The translations under genes were made by a program, and so were the position numbers. The notes under the pieces are model-generated. The model saw nothing but the letters and a program-made list of their open reading frames with translations. It was not told where the DNA came from and ran no database searches. A DNA stretch of 64,000 nt from a virus (lineage: Duplodnaviria; Caudoviricetes): positions 1 through 64,000 of IMG/VR virus record IMGVR_UViG_3300047160_014545; one strand, written 5' to 3'. Position 1 is the stretch's first letter, and each line of letters opens with the position of its first letter. This document shows positions 35,589 to 44,264 of the stretch, one piece after another.

Positions 35589-35945
35589 AGAAGCGTCCCT
35601 ATGGGCTCACGAGCGTTTCGGGATTTAGCGACAATCGAATGCCGGCCCTCGCCCTCATAGAAACTCATTCGCTCACGAATATCGGAAATATATTCGGCTT
35701 CTTTCTCGACCAAGATTGCGTTGCGGCCCGTGGCCAGGGCGGCGATACCTGTTGTACCTGATCCAGCGAAGCAATCGAGCACCAAGCCATCCTTCGGCGT
35801 AACGAGCGGCACGAGCCATGCCGAAGCGGGCAAGTGTGCTTGTCAGATGATACGGCGGGTCAGTCACGATGCTGTCCACCACCACGCCCTCCGCGACAAG
35901 GCGCGGGATCACTTCGAGCATATCTCCGTGCTCGAGGCGAATCAT
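35585..35945 (-). pseudogene. Internally deleted, frameshifted beta-class N4/N6 DNA methyltransferase
   Basis: Frame A: MIRLEHGDML...DSIVTDPPYHLTS; frame B: WLV.LVTP..GLVLDCFAGSGTTG.AA...GR.AIL.EKE.EY. The two halves are joined out of frame with the central region missing. Confidence 0.8.
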
Positions 35946-37555
35946 GCGACGTTGAGCCGTTCGGCATCCATGTTGCGCCAGTTCTCTTCGAGGTGGTCCA
36001 CCAAACGTAGCCTGGGGCGCTCTCCGGAGGCGCTGGAGCGCTGTTGTTGCCCGGGGGCTAGTTGGGTAGCCTCCTGGCCTTCCCCCCTCTTAGCGGGCTC
36101 CCCAGGGCGCGGCAGAGCATGTTGCGGGCCACCGCCAAATGCACCTAGCTCTTCGAGGCCCGGCGGAGCCGGCGGCGGAGCCGATTTGAGCTCCTCGATG
36201 TATTCGTCGGTAATGTTCGAGAACACCCCGGTCTTGCGCGAAGCCTCCCGCAATTCCTCGGCGGCGATGGCGAGATTGATGATTCCGTCGGCAAGCGCGT
36301 TCGAAACTGCCTGCGTGGTTTGCACCGAAATTTGCGCCTTCTCGGCTTCCTGCAGCTGCCACAGCGTTTTGAACCGGAAATCAAAATTCTCGGGAATGGC
36401 GATGCCTTCGCTGCGCGCCATCATTTTGTAGATTTTGTTGACCGGCTCGTGCAAGTGCCTTTCTTGCTGCGAATTAATCCCGTCGTAGTACATTCGCAGG
36501 TCGCTCTCGCCGGTCGAGTTGAGACCAGCGGGCGACATCCCGAACAGCCGCACCAACGGGATCTGCAACGCTCCGGCTAGCTGCTGCCCGAGTTGCAGCA
36601 GACCATCCGACATCCCGGTAAAATTGCTTTGATTGACCGACCCGAAATCGTCTTCGCCATCGAGCATCGTCACACCCTCGACGCCCTGGAACTTGCGCAT
36701 CATCTCGACGTAGTTGATGACACCGCGAAGCTGGTCGTCGCCGGCATAGATGATCTGACGCATTCCCTTGATTTTAAGCCACCGCAAATATGATTTATAT
36801 ATACTCTGCGAAAGGCCCTGGGTAGCGCTGTCAAAACCGATCATGCGGTCGTAGAGGCGCTCGAGCACCGAAATCGACCACATGTTTTCCATGACTCGCT
36901 GCGCATAAGGCAGCCGCACACCCTCCATGCGGAGCACCCGCGAATAATGCACTTGCTGCCCGGTGAGTGCGGGAGCCAACGCCAGCACATGGTAATATTC
37001 CGGCATCCCGAGGTCGGGCCCAAATTCTTTGACCAGGTTGGTGAGCGAAGGCTCGACCATCCAGCGATCGAGCACCGTCAAACCGCGGAAGTCGTTTTTG
37101 CCCACGGTCTCGATGCGCAAGGGTTGGGAGACGTCCTGGCCTTCGATCAGCATTACAGCGATAGCCCCGCCATAAAGCCGGCCCCACTTGATGGTATCGT
37201 TGATTTCCGGCCACAGGTTCAGCCGGCGCGCCAAATTCTGTAATTCCTCGATGTCGTCGGGCGGCATCGTCGAAGTGATTTCGATGCCCGCTTTGGTCAT
37301 GTCATCGGCGACGAGGTCAATCGCCACCCCACCCAACCAGCTACCGCGATGAATCCACTCGAGCAACGTTCTGTTGCGAGTGATCGGGTTGAAACCATAG
37401 GTGCTCTGGCTGAGCGCATTGTTGGTACCGACACCAAGCGACAGGCCGAAATTTTGAAACGAATCGCGGAATTGCGCGGAGCCGAAATAGCTCTGCATTT
37501 TTTCGTTTTGCTCGGCGAGCGCGCGAGCGTCAGCGATCGGATTCGGATCAGCCAT
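35942..37555 (-). CDS. Portal protein (DUF1073 / anti-CBASS Acb1-labelled family)
   Basis: DSFQNF...LG.GT.N.LS.STYGFNP.TRNR.LLEW..RGSW.GG.A.D.VA.DMT..G...W.RLYGG...FGMSPAGLNSTGESD.R.YYD.I. Confidence 0.92.
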   Translation of the reverse strand: MADPNPIADARALAEQNEKMQSYFGSAQFRDSFQNFGLSLGVGTNNALSQSTYGFNPITRNRTLLEWIHRGSWLGGVAIDLVADDMTKAGIEITSTMPPDDIEELQNLARRLNLWPEINDTIKWGRLYGGAIAVMLIEGQDVSQPLRIETVGKNDFRGLTVLDRWMVEPSLTNLVKEFGPDLGMPEYYHVLALAPALTGQQVHYSRVLRMEGVRLPYAQRVMENMWSISVLERLYDRMIGFDSATQGLSQSIYKSYLRWLKIKGMRQIIYAGDDQLRGVINYVEMMRKFQGVEGVTMLDGEDDFGSVNQSNFTGMSDGLLQLGQQLAGALQIPLVRLFGMSPAGLNSTGESDLRMYYDGINSQQERHLHEPVNKIYKMMARSEGIAIPENFDFRFKTLWQLQEAEKAQISVQTTQAVSNALADGIINLAIAAEELREASRKTGVFSNITDEYIEELKSAPPPAPPGLEELGAFGGGPQHALPRPGEPAKRGEGQEATQLAPGQQQRSSASGERPRLRLVDHLEENWRNMDAERLNVA

Positions 37556-37836
37556 AAATATAATATATTATTTTTTGATAAAGCTAAGGAGTTTCGGCAA
37601 ACCCGGGAAAACATTATCTCCGTTGGTTTTGACAACGCAGCGATTGCGCGGTGTGGCACAGCGCATCGCTGTTGCGGGGAGCAGCCTTTTTTCGGTTGGC
37701 GCATCGTGGCGCAAGGTATCGGCTCTCGGGATTTCGGGCGAGGTTTGCAATTGCCAACCGAATTTATCGAAGATAAAAGTTTGATAATATATGATCATAC
37801 TACTGGCAGAGACTCGCAAAGAGAGGAGGTAGGATC

Positions 37837-38085
37837 ATGCTCTGTCCCAAATGTCACAGGGAAATGCGCCACATTGGCATAAGCCTAATTCGAGGCGAGC
37901 ACGAAATTCTCGGTAATGACGCTTCTTGGGATGACGGACATGCAATAACTTCCGACAAATACGAATGTGCAACCTGCGGCATTACCGCGCTTTCCCAAGA
38001 AGATAATGATAATTACAATTATACAGAACAGTCCCGATCCAATATCGTTTCTGTAGTAATTTCATTAAAACCGGCAAATAAATAA
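37837..38085 (+). CDS. Small Zn-ribbon protein on the opposite strand (moron-like)
   Basis: GAGGAGG RBS; MLCPKC...YECATC; locally AT-rich. Confidence 0.55.
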   Translation: MLCPKCHREMRHIGISLIRGEHEILGNDASWDDGHAITSDKYECATCGITALSQEDNDNYNYTEQSRSNIVSVVISLKPANK

Positions 38086-38188
38086 CAGACGCCGATTTCA
38101 TCATACTACTTGGCGCAGCAATCTTGCCTTCGGCTCTAGGATGAAACAGGCGACGTGCTGACCAATCCCGGGACCAGGACTGCCATCT

Positions 38189-38395
38189 TCAGCCTAAAGA
38201 AAATATTTCTTTGGCGCTAATAACTTCTTTACCATATCGGTATTCTATCCAAAGCATGAACCAAGGGAGTTGGATTTTGGATTTAAACCCGAAACAGAGG
38301 TGAGGCTTGAGCATACAATCGTAGGCCGGCCGCCATATGTCGTAGGCTGAGAGTAGTTTGACTGTTGGCATTATTCGTCTCTTTCTTGTCGTCAT
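38189..38395 (-). CDS. Possible hypothetical protein
   Basis: ATGA-coupled to the terL stop; AT-rich; no motif. Confidence 0.3.
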   Translation of the reverse strand: MTTRKRRIMPTVKLLSAYDIWRPAYDCMLKPHLCFGFKSKIQLPWFMLWIEYRYGKEVISAKEIFSLG

Positions 38396-39759
38396 TGCCC
38401 GAGCTTGCGCCACATTTCGAGGTCGACGACGCTTTCGTCGACGAGAAGATCGGTTATTGCCCAGACGAGCGCATCGACTCTATCGGGTGAAGCGGCTTTG
38501 TCGTTGGCGACGAGCGCGCTGCCGCGGTCTTTTGGGTCGACAACGAAATTGACCATTTGGTCTTCGAGGTCAGCAAAGTTCCCGACATGGTGCACCCGCT
38601 TTTGCTCGTAGAGAGCCGCCACGGGTTCGGCGCGCACATATTTTCCTCGAGTGGCTTTAACCTGCTGATAGCTTATCGAGGCATCAATCATGCGCATGGT
38701 ATTTTCGACCATGTCGCCGCCGTTGTTGGTTTCGGCTACGACGCGATCGGCGCGCCAGGTTTTATAGAGATGAACAACCTTGCTCGCCCACTCCAACGGC
38801 GAGTAGCGCCCGCTCTCATCGGCAAGGACAAAGCCATGACCCGCGCTGTTGCGGCCGGCAACGATGATTCCGGTTTCGTCCGACTCCTCACCCATGGTCA
38901 TAGCAGGGTCCACCGCGACCACGATACGAGCGAAATTGCGTGGTCTGCCGCTGGTTTGAAATTCGATGTCCTCTGCTTTGGCACGAGTTTCATCGATCAT
39001 CTGATGGGTCCAGAGCGCGCCTTCGAGCTGCTCCAGAATTTCGGCGTTGAGCTCCTGGCGACCGAGCCGGGTGCCCTCATATTTGCGAATTATCTGGGCA
39101 AAAAATGCGTCGGGTAAATTGGCGCGGTTTTCGTAGGTTGAGCCGCGGGTGACCGCGGTATTTGGATCGGCAATTAAATTTCGAATAATCTGAATAGGCT
39201 TAGGAGTGGTAGTAACTACCACGCGCGGGTCCGCGCCCAAGCGAAGGCCGAACATCAGCATGTCCCAGGCTTCGGGGTAGCGCCAAGACCCCAATTCATC
39301 ACACCAAGAAGCATCATGAGAAGGGCCCCGAAGGCGCTCAGGTTCGTCGGCGCTGTAGGTTGTCGCCATGCCGCCGTTGGGCCAGATGATTTCGCTTTTG
39401 GTGCCGATATACCGCGGGCGCTCGGAAATTCGCCCAACCGATAATATTCCGCTCTCGCCCTCGACCATCACTCGGCGCACATCACCGGCGGTCGGAGCGA
39501 CCAGCGCCATGCGGCGGCGGCCATGATGCATGATCTGGTCGTGCACCCACTCGGCACCGCTCCGGGTTTTGCCTAGACCGCGACCCCCAAGCAGCAACCA
39601 GGTGCGCCAGTTTCCTGGCGGAGGCAGCTGATTAGGACGAGCCCAGAATGTCCAATCGTTTTCGAGAGCTTCGAGATCGGCGTCAGTTAGCCCCTGCAGC
39701 ACTTTCGCTCGTTGCTGCGGCGGCAGCGAGGCGATCGAAGCGGCGTTCAAGACGGGCAC
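38392..39759 (-). CDS. terL: Terminase large subunit
   Basis: WARPNQLPPPG.WRTWL.LGGRGLGKTRSGAEW (Walker A), LRGP..DA.WCDEL (Walker B), nuclease VVAVDPA...DETGI.VAG...SPDR.DA.VWA. Confidence 0.95.
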   Translation of the reverse strand: MPVLNAASIASLPPQQRAKVLQGLTDADLEALENDWTFWARPNQLPPPGNWRTWLLLGGRGLGKTRSGAEWVHDQIMHHGRRRMALVAPTAGDVRRVMVEGESGILSVGRISERPRYIGTKSEIIWPNGGMATTYSADEPERLRGPSHDASWCDELGSWRYPEAWDMLMFGLRLGADPRVVVTTTPKPIQIIRNLIADPNTAVTRGSTYENRANLPDAFFAQIIRKYEGTRLGRQELNAEILEQLEGALWTHQMIDETRAKAEDIEFQTSGRPRNFARIVVAVDPAMTMGEESDETGIIVAGRNSAGHGFVLADESGRYSPLEWASKVVHLYKTWRADRVVAETNNGGDMVENTMRMIDASISYQQVKATRGKYVRAEPVAALYEQKRVHHVGNFADLEDQMVNFVVDPKDRGSALVANDKAASPDRVDALVWAITDLLVDESVVDLEMWRKLGQ

Positions 39760-40288
39760 GGACGTTTGATGCCTCCGGCGCTGAATCTGCGCCTTCTGGG
39801 GTTTCGAGTGCTCGAGCCTCTTTCCAGCCGCAGCGGGTTTTGGCCCAGAAAATTGCTGCCGTTACAGTAGCGGATGTTACCCCGATATGACGGATGGCAA
39901 GCGTGCCATTTTTTTTGGTGTAGGTTTCGCGCCCGGTGGCGGCATCGTAGAGAAACCGCCCGACGGCAGCATTAGCGATGGTCGAGCCGTCGATAAGCTC
40001 GGCGACAAAATGTTTGTTCAGCGTGAGAACGGAGATGCGCAGCACCGCCGCGATTTTTTCCTGCGGGATGCCGACACCGGACATCGCCTGCACTTTTTCC
40101 CGGTCGCCCTGAGAGGGGACCCACGCTCTGGGCCCTACACGAGCAGCGCCGGCTGCGAGCGACACAACGTTTGTAGCCAGCAGCTCCGGGGGCAGAGTTT
40201 TCGGCTTGGTTTTGCTACCCTTCGGGCGGCCCCGGCCACGCTTCACCGGAATTTCCGCCGCCGCAGAATGCGCCTTTGAGGCGTCCAA
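39683..40288 (-). CDS. terS: Terminase small subunit (AT-hook plus HTH-like)
   Basis: Directly upstream of terL; KRGRGRPKGS AT-hook; GIPQEKIA..L.IS..TL.KHF..EL...AAIFW.KTR.GWKE. Confidence 0.78.
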   Translation of the reverse strand: MDASKAHSAAAEIPVKRGRGRPKGSKTKPKTLPPELLATNVVSLAAGAARVGPRAWVPSQGDREKVQAMSGVGIPQEKIAAVLRISVLTLNKHFVAELIDGSTIANAAVGRFLYDAATGRETYTKKNGTLAIRHIGVTSATVTAAIFWAKTRCGWKEARALETPEGADSAPEASNVRARLERRFDRLAAAAATSESAAGAN

Positions 40289-40332
40289 CCCACTACCCCT
40301 TAGAAGATAATTTCGGGATCGTGAGCAAGCCT

Positions 40333-40359
40333 TGTCAAGATTTTTGGAAGGATGTCAAG
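40333..40359. promoter_or_regulatory. Tandem TGTCAAG motif with 20-bp period upstream of terS
   Basis: TGTCAAG at 40333 and 40353; the same geometry recurs at 59030/59050. Confidence 0.35.
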
Positions 40360-40420
40360 ATATTTTTACGCTTTCTACCCCGGAATGTGCGAACAGCGCG
40401 GGCCGTCACAAAATACGGTG

Positions 40421-40445
40421 GTTAACAAAGGTTAAGATATGTTAA
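40421..40445. promoter_or_regulatory. Three phased GTTAA half-sites (10-bp period)
   Basis: gttaacaaag gttaagatat gttaa in the intergenic region. Confidence 0.4.
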
Positions 40446-40489
40446 TGTGCATCGCGTAGCTCCCACCGGGAGAAGGAGCAACGAGGGGG

Positions 40490-40594
40490 ATGCAGCTAAC
40501 AATTTGGGAGACAATTCGGCTCACCACGTTTAGCGGATTGATATCCGCAGCGATATGGGCTGGGATAATTTGGCTGATTATCACAACCTTATGA
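40490..40594 (+). CDS. 34-aa membrane micro-protein MQLTIWETIRLTTFSGLISAAIWAGIIWLIITTL
   Basis: GAGGGGG directly before the ATG; C-terminal hydrophobic helix of about 20 aa; not in the ORF track. Confidence 0.55.
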   Translation: MQLTIWETIRLTTFSGLISAAIWAGIIWLIITTL

Positions 40595-40815
40595 ACAGAG
40601 CGATCCTGGCGAGCATATATCCCCCCACAGGAGGATATCCTGTCAATATTGCCAGGTCACGAGCGTAACGCCGCTGATCGCGCTGCACAGCAGGCTTCCC
40701 ACCTGGACAATCCGGGTCGAATGGGGAAAGGGTGGCAGATCGTCGCCGCAAAGAGATCGCTCTACAAGCCAGCTGGTGATCGGACCCCCGATTAGGAATG
40801 CGTCCAGAAAAATGT

Positions 40816-41550
40816 TCATCTCTCGGCTGCCCGGCGTTTGCGCACGCCCACAGCGTAGCTGCCTATCTGTCGCTTCGCATCCTGGGATGGCTCGACAACG
40901 GTTCGCTCATAAACCTCCCATGCTGCCGCCGGCATCTCGTCGAGCGTGGCGATGCTTGCAACGACCGAGCAGGCCGAGCGCGGGAGCGGCATTACCGTCA
41001 GTAGTGGGTGGAAAGCCGGGAACCGGATCGGCGTATCGGTCGCGATCAGCCGAATGTTGATAAACAGCGGCCCGCACCAGGTGTCCGTCTCTACCAGGCC
41101 CTCATAAGCCTGGAAAGAACCAGAATGGGCTATATTCGGCGGCATCCGAATCAGCGTGTTCCAGCCAGGTGCGGTCTTGATTATACAGCCGGACCAAATC
41201 TGAATGATGCCGGGCGCACCTAATCGAGTGAGCCAAGGCGGACAATAAGCTCGGCAATCAGGCAAGGCCAGTTCCTCGAACACCGAGAGCGCACCCGGAT
41301 ATTGGATGGCATCCCGCAGCGGATACCATCCATCGTCGTTATCGAATGCCCACCAGATATCGTGACCGTCCCACTGCAGCTGAAATCCGACCGGCGGGTA
41401 GACGTAATAGCCCAGAGCGCTGGCCGACGTGAGAGCCTCGCAGTAGCGATGCCCCCGCGTCGGCAGCTCCCCCCGAGCCGACCGGTCACCCCGCTCAGGC
41501 GGTTTGCCGCCTAAGACTTGCCATAGAGAGAGGATCGGCTCGGCTGACAT
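40816..41550 (-). CDS. DUF6065-like protein
   Basis: RYCEA.TSASA.GYYVYPP..F.L.WDG...IQIWSG....TAPGW..LIR.P.N......Q.YEG.VETD.W.GPLF.N.RL..TD.P..F. Confidence 0.68.
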   Translation of the reverse strand: MSAEPILSLWQVLGGKPPERGDRSARGELPTRGHRYCEALTSASALGYYVYPPVGFQLQWDGHDIWWAFDNDDGWYPLRDAIQYPGALSVFEELALPDCRAYCPPWLTRLGAPGIIQIWSGCIIKTAPGWNTLIRMPPNIAHSGSFQAYEGLVETDTWCGPLFINIRLIATDTPIRFPAFHPLLTVMPLPRSACSVVASIATLDEMPAAAWEVYERTVVEPSQDAKRQIGSYAVGVRKRRAAER

Positions 41551-41643
41551 TTACTTGCTCTGCGCTGGAGCTTGTCCGCCGCCTACACGGACGCGGCCGG
41601 GATCGCGGGTCGATGTCGGTGCGGTCGGGTGCTTCGTCGTCAT
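41551..41643 (-). CDS. 30-aa peptide MTTKHPTAPTSTRDPGRVRVGGGQAPAQSK, candidate RiPP-like precursor
   Basis: GAAAGGT SD; its TAA abuts the DUF6065-like ATG; D.G.VR.GGG motif. A longer TTG start at 41802 is in frame. Confidence 0.6.
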   Translation of the reverse strand: MTTKHPTAPTSTRDPGRVRVGGGQAPAQSK

Positions 41644-41861
41644 GATCATATACCTTTCGTTGAGAAAGGTCCGAGCCGAACCCGTCAGCAGCCGACAAGT
41701 TTGTGCCGTGAACAAAGTGGCCCGTGGTCCAGTTGTCACCTTGCCGGCATCGAGCAGATCGGCCCGAACCGAGCGAAGGAATACAGTGGTCGGCGTCAGC
41801 AACTCGTCCCGATTAGCGTGAATGACTGTGAAAAAATCGGGAATAATATGTCAGCGCGCCG

Positions 41862-42080
41862 TCAAATCGACATGGTAGCCGGAGCATAGGTTCCTCTCTC
41901 GCGAGCCACCGCTTCGGCAAAATCTGCTACCGGCATTCGATAGCATCGGTCGATCGGCCAGAATTGAGAGGCGACGCCAGGAGGCCATACCTGATAGAGC
42001 ACCTGCCCGCGCCAGATCTCATGCACGGCGATCCCGTAACCATTCGGAAAATCTATGCAGCTGGGGACTTTGATGACCAA
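41862..42080 (-). CDS. Hypothetical early protein
   Basis: Tiled small ORF. Confidence 0.45.
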   Translation of the reverse strand: MVIKVPSCIDFPNGYGIAVHEIWRGQVLYQVWPPGVASQFWPIDRCYRMPVADFAEAVARERGTYAPATMSI

Positions 42081-42082
42081 CG

Positions 42083-42295
42083 TCAGCGCACCGTCAAATC
42101 GACATCGGCGAGCACGACCGCGAATTGGTTCGCAGCATCGTGGATCGTCGACAGGATGCGGTCGCCATTGACCGTGATCCTGCCATCGCGGACCGTGATG
42201 CGGATGCGGTCCTCGCCATCACCAAACACGATCCGGCTGCAGCCGGTGAGGTCGATCTGCTTTGCCGGAGCATACCAGTCGGCGGTGATCTTCAT
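42083..42295 (-). CDS. Hypothetical early protein
   Basis: ATGA-coupled small ORF. Confidence 0.5.
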   Translation of the reverse strand: MKITADWYAPAKQIDLTGCSRIVFGDGEDRIRITVRDGRITVNGDRILSTIHDAANQFAVVLADVDLTVR

Positions 42296-42492
42296 GGGTT
42301 TGCCCTATCCATTGCGTCTCGGTGTTTACGCCATTCTCGGTATTGGGCGCTGGCCCGAAAATCCTCGCCGAATACAGTGGACACCCAACCGCATGAGCAG
42401 CTCAACTGCCGACAAGAAGAGTCCGTCATCCCCATATACCGATGCGCAACGGATTTCAGCACCCGATCGGTCGTCTGCGGTTGGTCAGTCAT
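42292..42492 (-). CDS. Hypothetical early protein (CxC...W)
   Basis: Coupled small ORF; begins MTDQPQTTDR. Confidence 0.5.
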   Translation of the reverse strand: MTDQPQTTDRVLKSVAHRYMGMTDSSCRQLSCSCGWVSTVFGEDFRASAQYREWRKHRDAMDRANP

Positions 42493-42703
42493 CTTCTCGC
42501 TCCAGAAAAATGGTGACTGGATAGACCTTGCCTTCGCCGGCAGCGAGCCGCGTAGCCTCGGCTTTGTCGCGGATCGAGTTGACGATTATGCGTCCTCTCG
42601 CATCAAGCATTGCCCAGCCGGTTGCCCTAAGCACCTTACGGCCCCTGCCGCGCTTAGAAAGCTGAGCCAGCAATTCCGGCGGCAATCCTTCGTGGTCAGT
42701 CAT
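42485..42703 (-). CDS. Hypothetical early protein
   Basis: GAGG RBS; tiled. Confidence 0.5.
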   Translation of the reverse strand: MTDHEGLPPELLAQLSKRGRGRKVLRATGWAMLDARGRIIVNSIRDKAEATRLAAGEGKVYPVTIFLEREDD

Positions 42704-42742
42704 GGTTCGACCTCACATTTGGACATCTTGCCCCCTACTCAT

Positions 42743-42937
42743 TTACTGAACGTCAAATGGACACGCCTCTAAGGTCCAGCCACCATTTTTGTATAGGGTT
42801 GTGATCCCACAGCCCTTTTCGTCCCAATCAATAACCATGTGCTTTGATAAAACGTCCGAGGGTAAATCTTGATATTGGTAAGTTGTCATATTAGGAAACG
42901 CAATAACTACATAAAAGGCAACTGGAAGGATATTCAT
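42743..42937 (-). CDS. Hypothetical protein with hydrophobic N-terminus
   Basis: AGGAG RBS before MNILPVAFYVVIAF; AT-rich. Confidence 0.45.
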   Translation of the reverse strand: MNILPVAFYVVIAFPNMTTYQYQDLPSDVLSKHMVIDWDEKGCGITTLYKNGGWTLEACPFDVQ

Positions 42938-43023
42938 CTTTGCTCCTGATTTCCACATTCCTCGCGGCTATCATCTAAACACCTTCCCAATGTGGCGGGC
43001 CAGCGCCAACGGGATGCGCGCGA

Positions 43024-43335
43024 TCATCGCCGAGGCGTTTTGTTGAGAGCATGGGCGAGCGCGGCCCGCGCCTGTTGCATGTAGCTGACACTCTCCGGGA
43101 TCAGCCTGTCAGTAGCTATCACCCTCAAGATGTCGTCGAGAGCGTGGTAGAGATCAGGAGCGGCGGCGATCAGAGCAGCGTTAGCACTATTCTCGCGATC
43201 ATCTGCCGACGTGAAACCGCCCTCGTAAAGAGAGCCGCCTTCATGGCAAAGATAGCTGAATGGCAAGTCGCCTTCAGTGTCCGGGCGGTGATGCTCGAAC
43301 CACCAAGGGCCATCGGTGAATTTTGGCTCTGTCAT
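43024..43335 (-). CDS. Hypothetical early protein (T.GPW...ANA.LIAAAPDL family)
   Basis: Very common phage motif FTDGPW ... NSANAALIAAAPDLY.AL. Confidence 0.65.
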   Translation of the reverse strand: MTEPKFTDGPWWFEHHRPDTEGDLPFSYLCHEGGSLYEGGFTSADDRENSANAALIAAAPDLYHALDDILRVIATDRLIPESVSYMQQARAALAHALNKTPRR

Positions 43336-43341
43336 TTTCAA

Positions 43342-43590
43342 TCCGCCGCTATCTCGAGGAAGAGGGGGGCGCGCCGGCGCGCGGGGACCGGTTATAACAG
43401 AGGCAAGCGCTAAATTCGGGACAGGTTTCGTCAATCGCCATGAAGTCCCAATCTGGGCAGTAGTGTTTGAAATGGCCGCTCAATTCGGCATATCGCTCTG
43501 TTTCACGGTCATACGTTTCCTGACTGTCCGCCATGTTGCCCCACTTCACTCGATCCTCCATCAGTCCGCCGCTATCTCGAGGAAGAGGGG
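43342..43590. repeat. 26-bp perfect direct repeat TCCGCCGCTATCTCGAGGAAGAGGGG (43342-43367, 43565-43590)
   Basis: Two identical copies 223 bp apart, both followed by GCGCG-rich tails, bracketing ORF 43349..43561. Confidence 0.85.
43349..43561 (-). CDS. Hypothetical protein (HYC.DWDFM.IDET.PEF..C.C)
   Basis: Recognisable small phage motif; lies between the direct repeats. Confidence 0.6.
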   Translation of the reverse strand: MEDRVKWGNMADSQETYDRETERYAELSGHFKHYCPDWDFMAIDETCPEFSACLCYNRSPRAGAPPSSSR

Positions 43591-43642
43591 CGCGTCGGCG
43601 CGCAGGCGGATCACTCGATTCGCTCCCACTGCACCAGCTATT

Positions 43643-43954
43643 TCACGTGCTCAACACCAAAGCTGTCCGGCGATCTAAAATCGGTCCATAATCCCGATCA
43701 TCTTCTTCTCCTACCGCAATCCAGCCGCCTTCCCAGGTATAGGTTCGCGGCTTTATCGGAATTCCTCTCTCATCCTCAGATGGACCGAAATAGTCCTTTG
43801 GGCCGAAGAAAAACGCCTGCGCGACGGTCATCTCAGAGACTAAGCCACTGTAAAATTCATCACTACATTTAAACATAATCAGCGCGTCCGGCGGTAATTT
43901 CTCCAACTTCGCCATGAGCTCTCTCGCCGTTACGATCGTTTCCTCATCAGACAT
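43643..43954 (-). CDS. Hypothetical early protein
   Basis: T..EL...L.KLPPDA.I motif. Confidence 0.55.
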   Translation of the reverse strand: MSDEETIVTARELMAKLEKLPPDALIMFKCSDEFYSGLVSEMTVAQAFFFGPKDYFGPSEDERGIPIKPRTYTWEGGWIAVGEEDDRDYGPILDRRTALVLST

Positions 43955-44003
43955 AGCTATTGCCCCACACAGTCACTCGACCCTCGTCCAAGGCATTTGC
44001 TCG

Positions 44004-44264
44004 TCAGCCATTTCGGATCTTCTCGGCGATAGAAAAAGCAGTCACCCAGTCGGCCTCTTCTGCATCGGCGATCTTAGCGCAGCGCTCGCGCTCCTCACGC
44101 CGCACCGACGCAATGATCTTCGCGAGCTGGTGTTGATCAATGATCCTGGCCAGTAGGCGATGGTGACGATGGTCCAAGGTGAAGCCGGTAGCGCAAAACT
44201 CGGCCGCGATTTCCTCATCGCGCGGACTCGGCTTTGGGATCGCTTCGTCAGCTTTCCCGCGCAT
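44004..44264 (-). CDS. Hypothetical early protein (start uncertain)
   Basis: ERERCAKIAD motif common in phage early proteins. Confidence 0.45.
   Translation of the reverse strand: MRGKADEAIPKPSPRDEEIAAEFCATGFTLDHRHHRLLARIIDQHQLAKIIASVRREERERCAKIADAEEADWVTAFSIAEKIRNG

Noticed and set aside
37633-37690. Rho-independent terminator
   Set aside because: The stem is bulged and the T-run is about 12 nt away from it; not convincing on either strand.
38392-39759. Gene transfer agent, because terL resembles RcGTA-type terminases
   Set aside because: The portal, capsid and contractile tail are not RcGTA-type, and many phage early genes are present.
40421-40445. Canonical CtrA box
   Set aside because: Half-site spacing is TTAA-N6-TTAA, not N7; kept only as a phased-motif observation.
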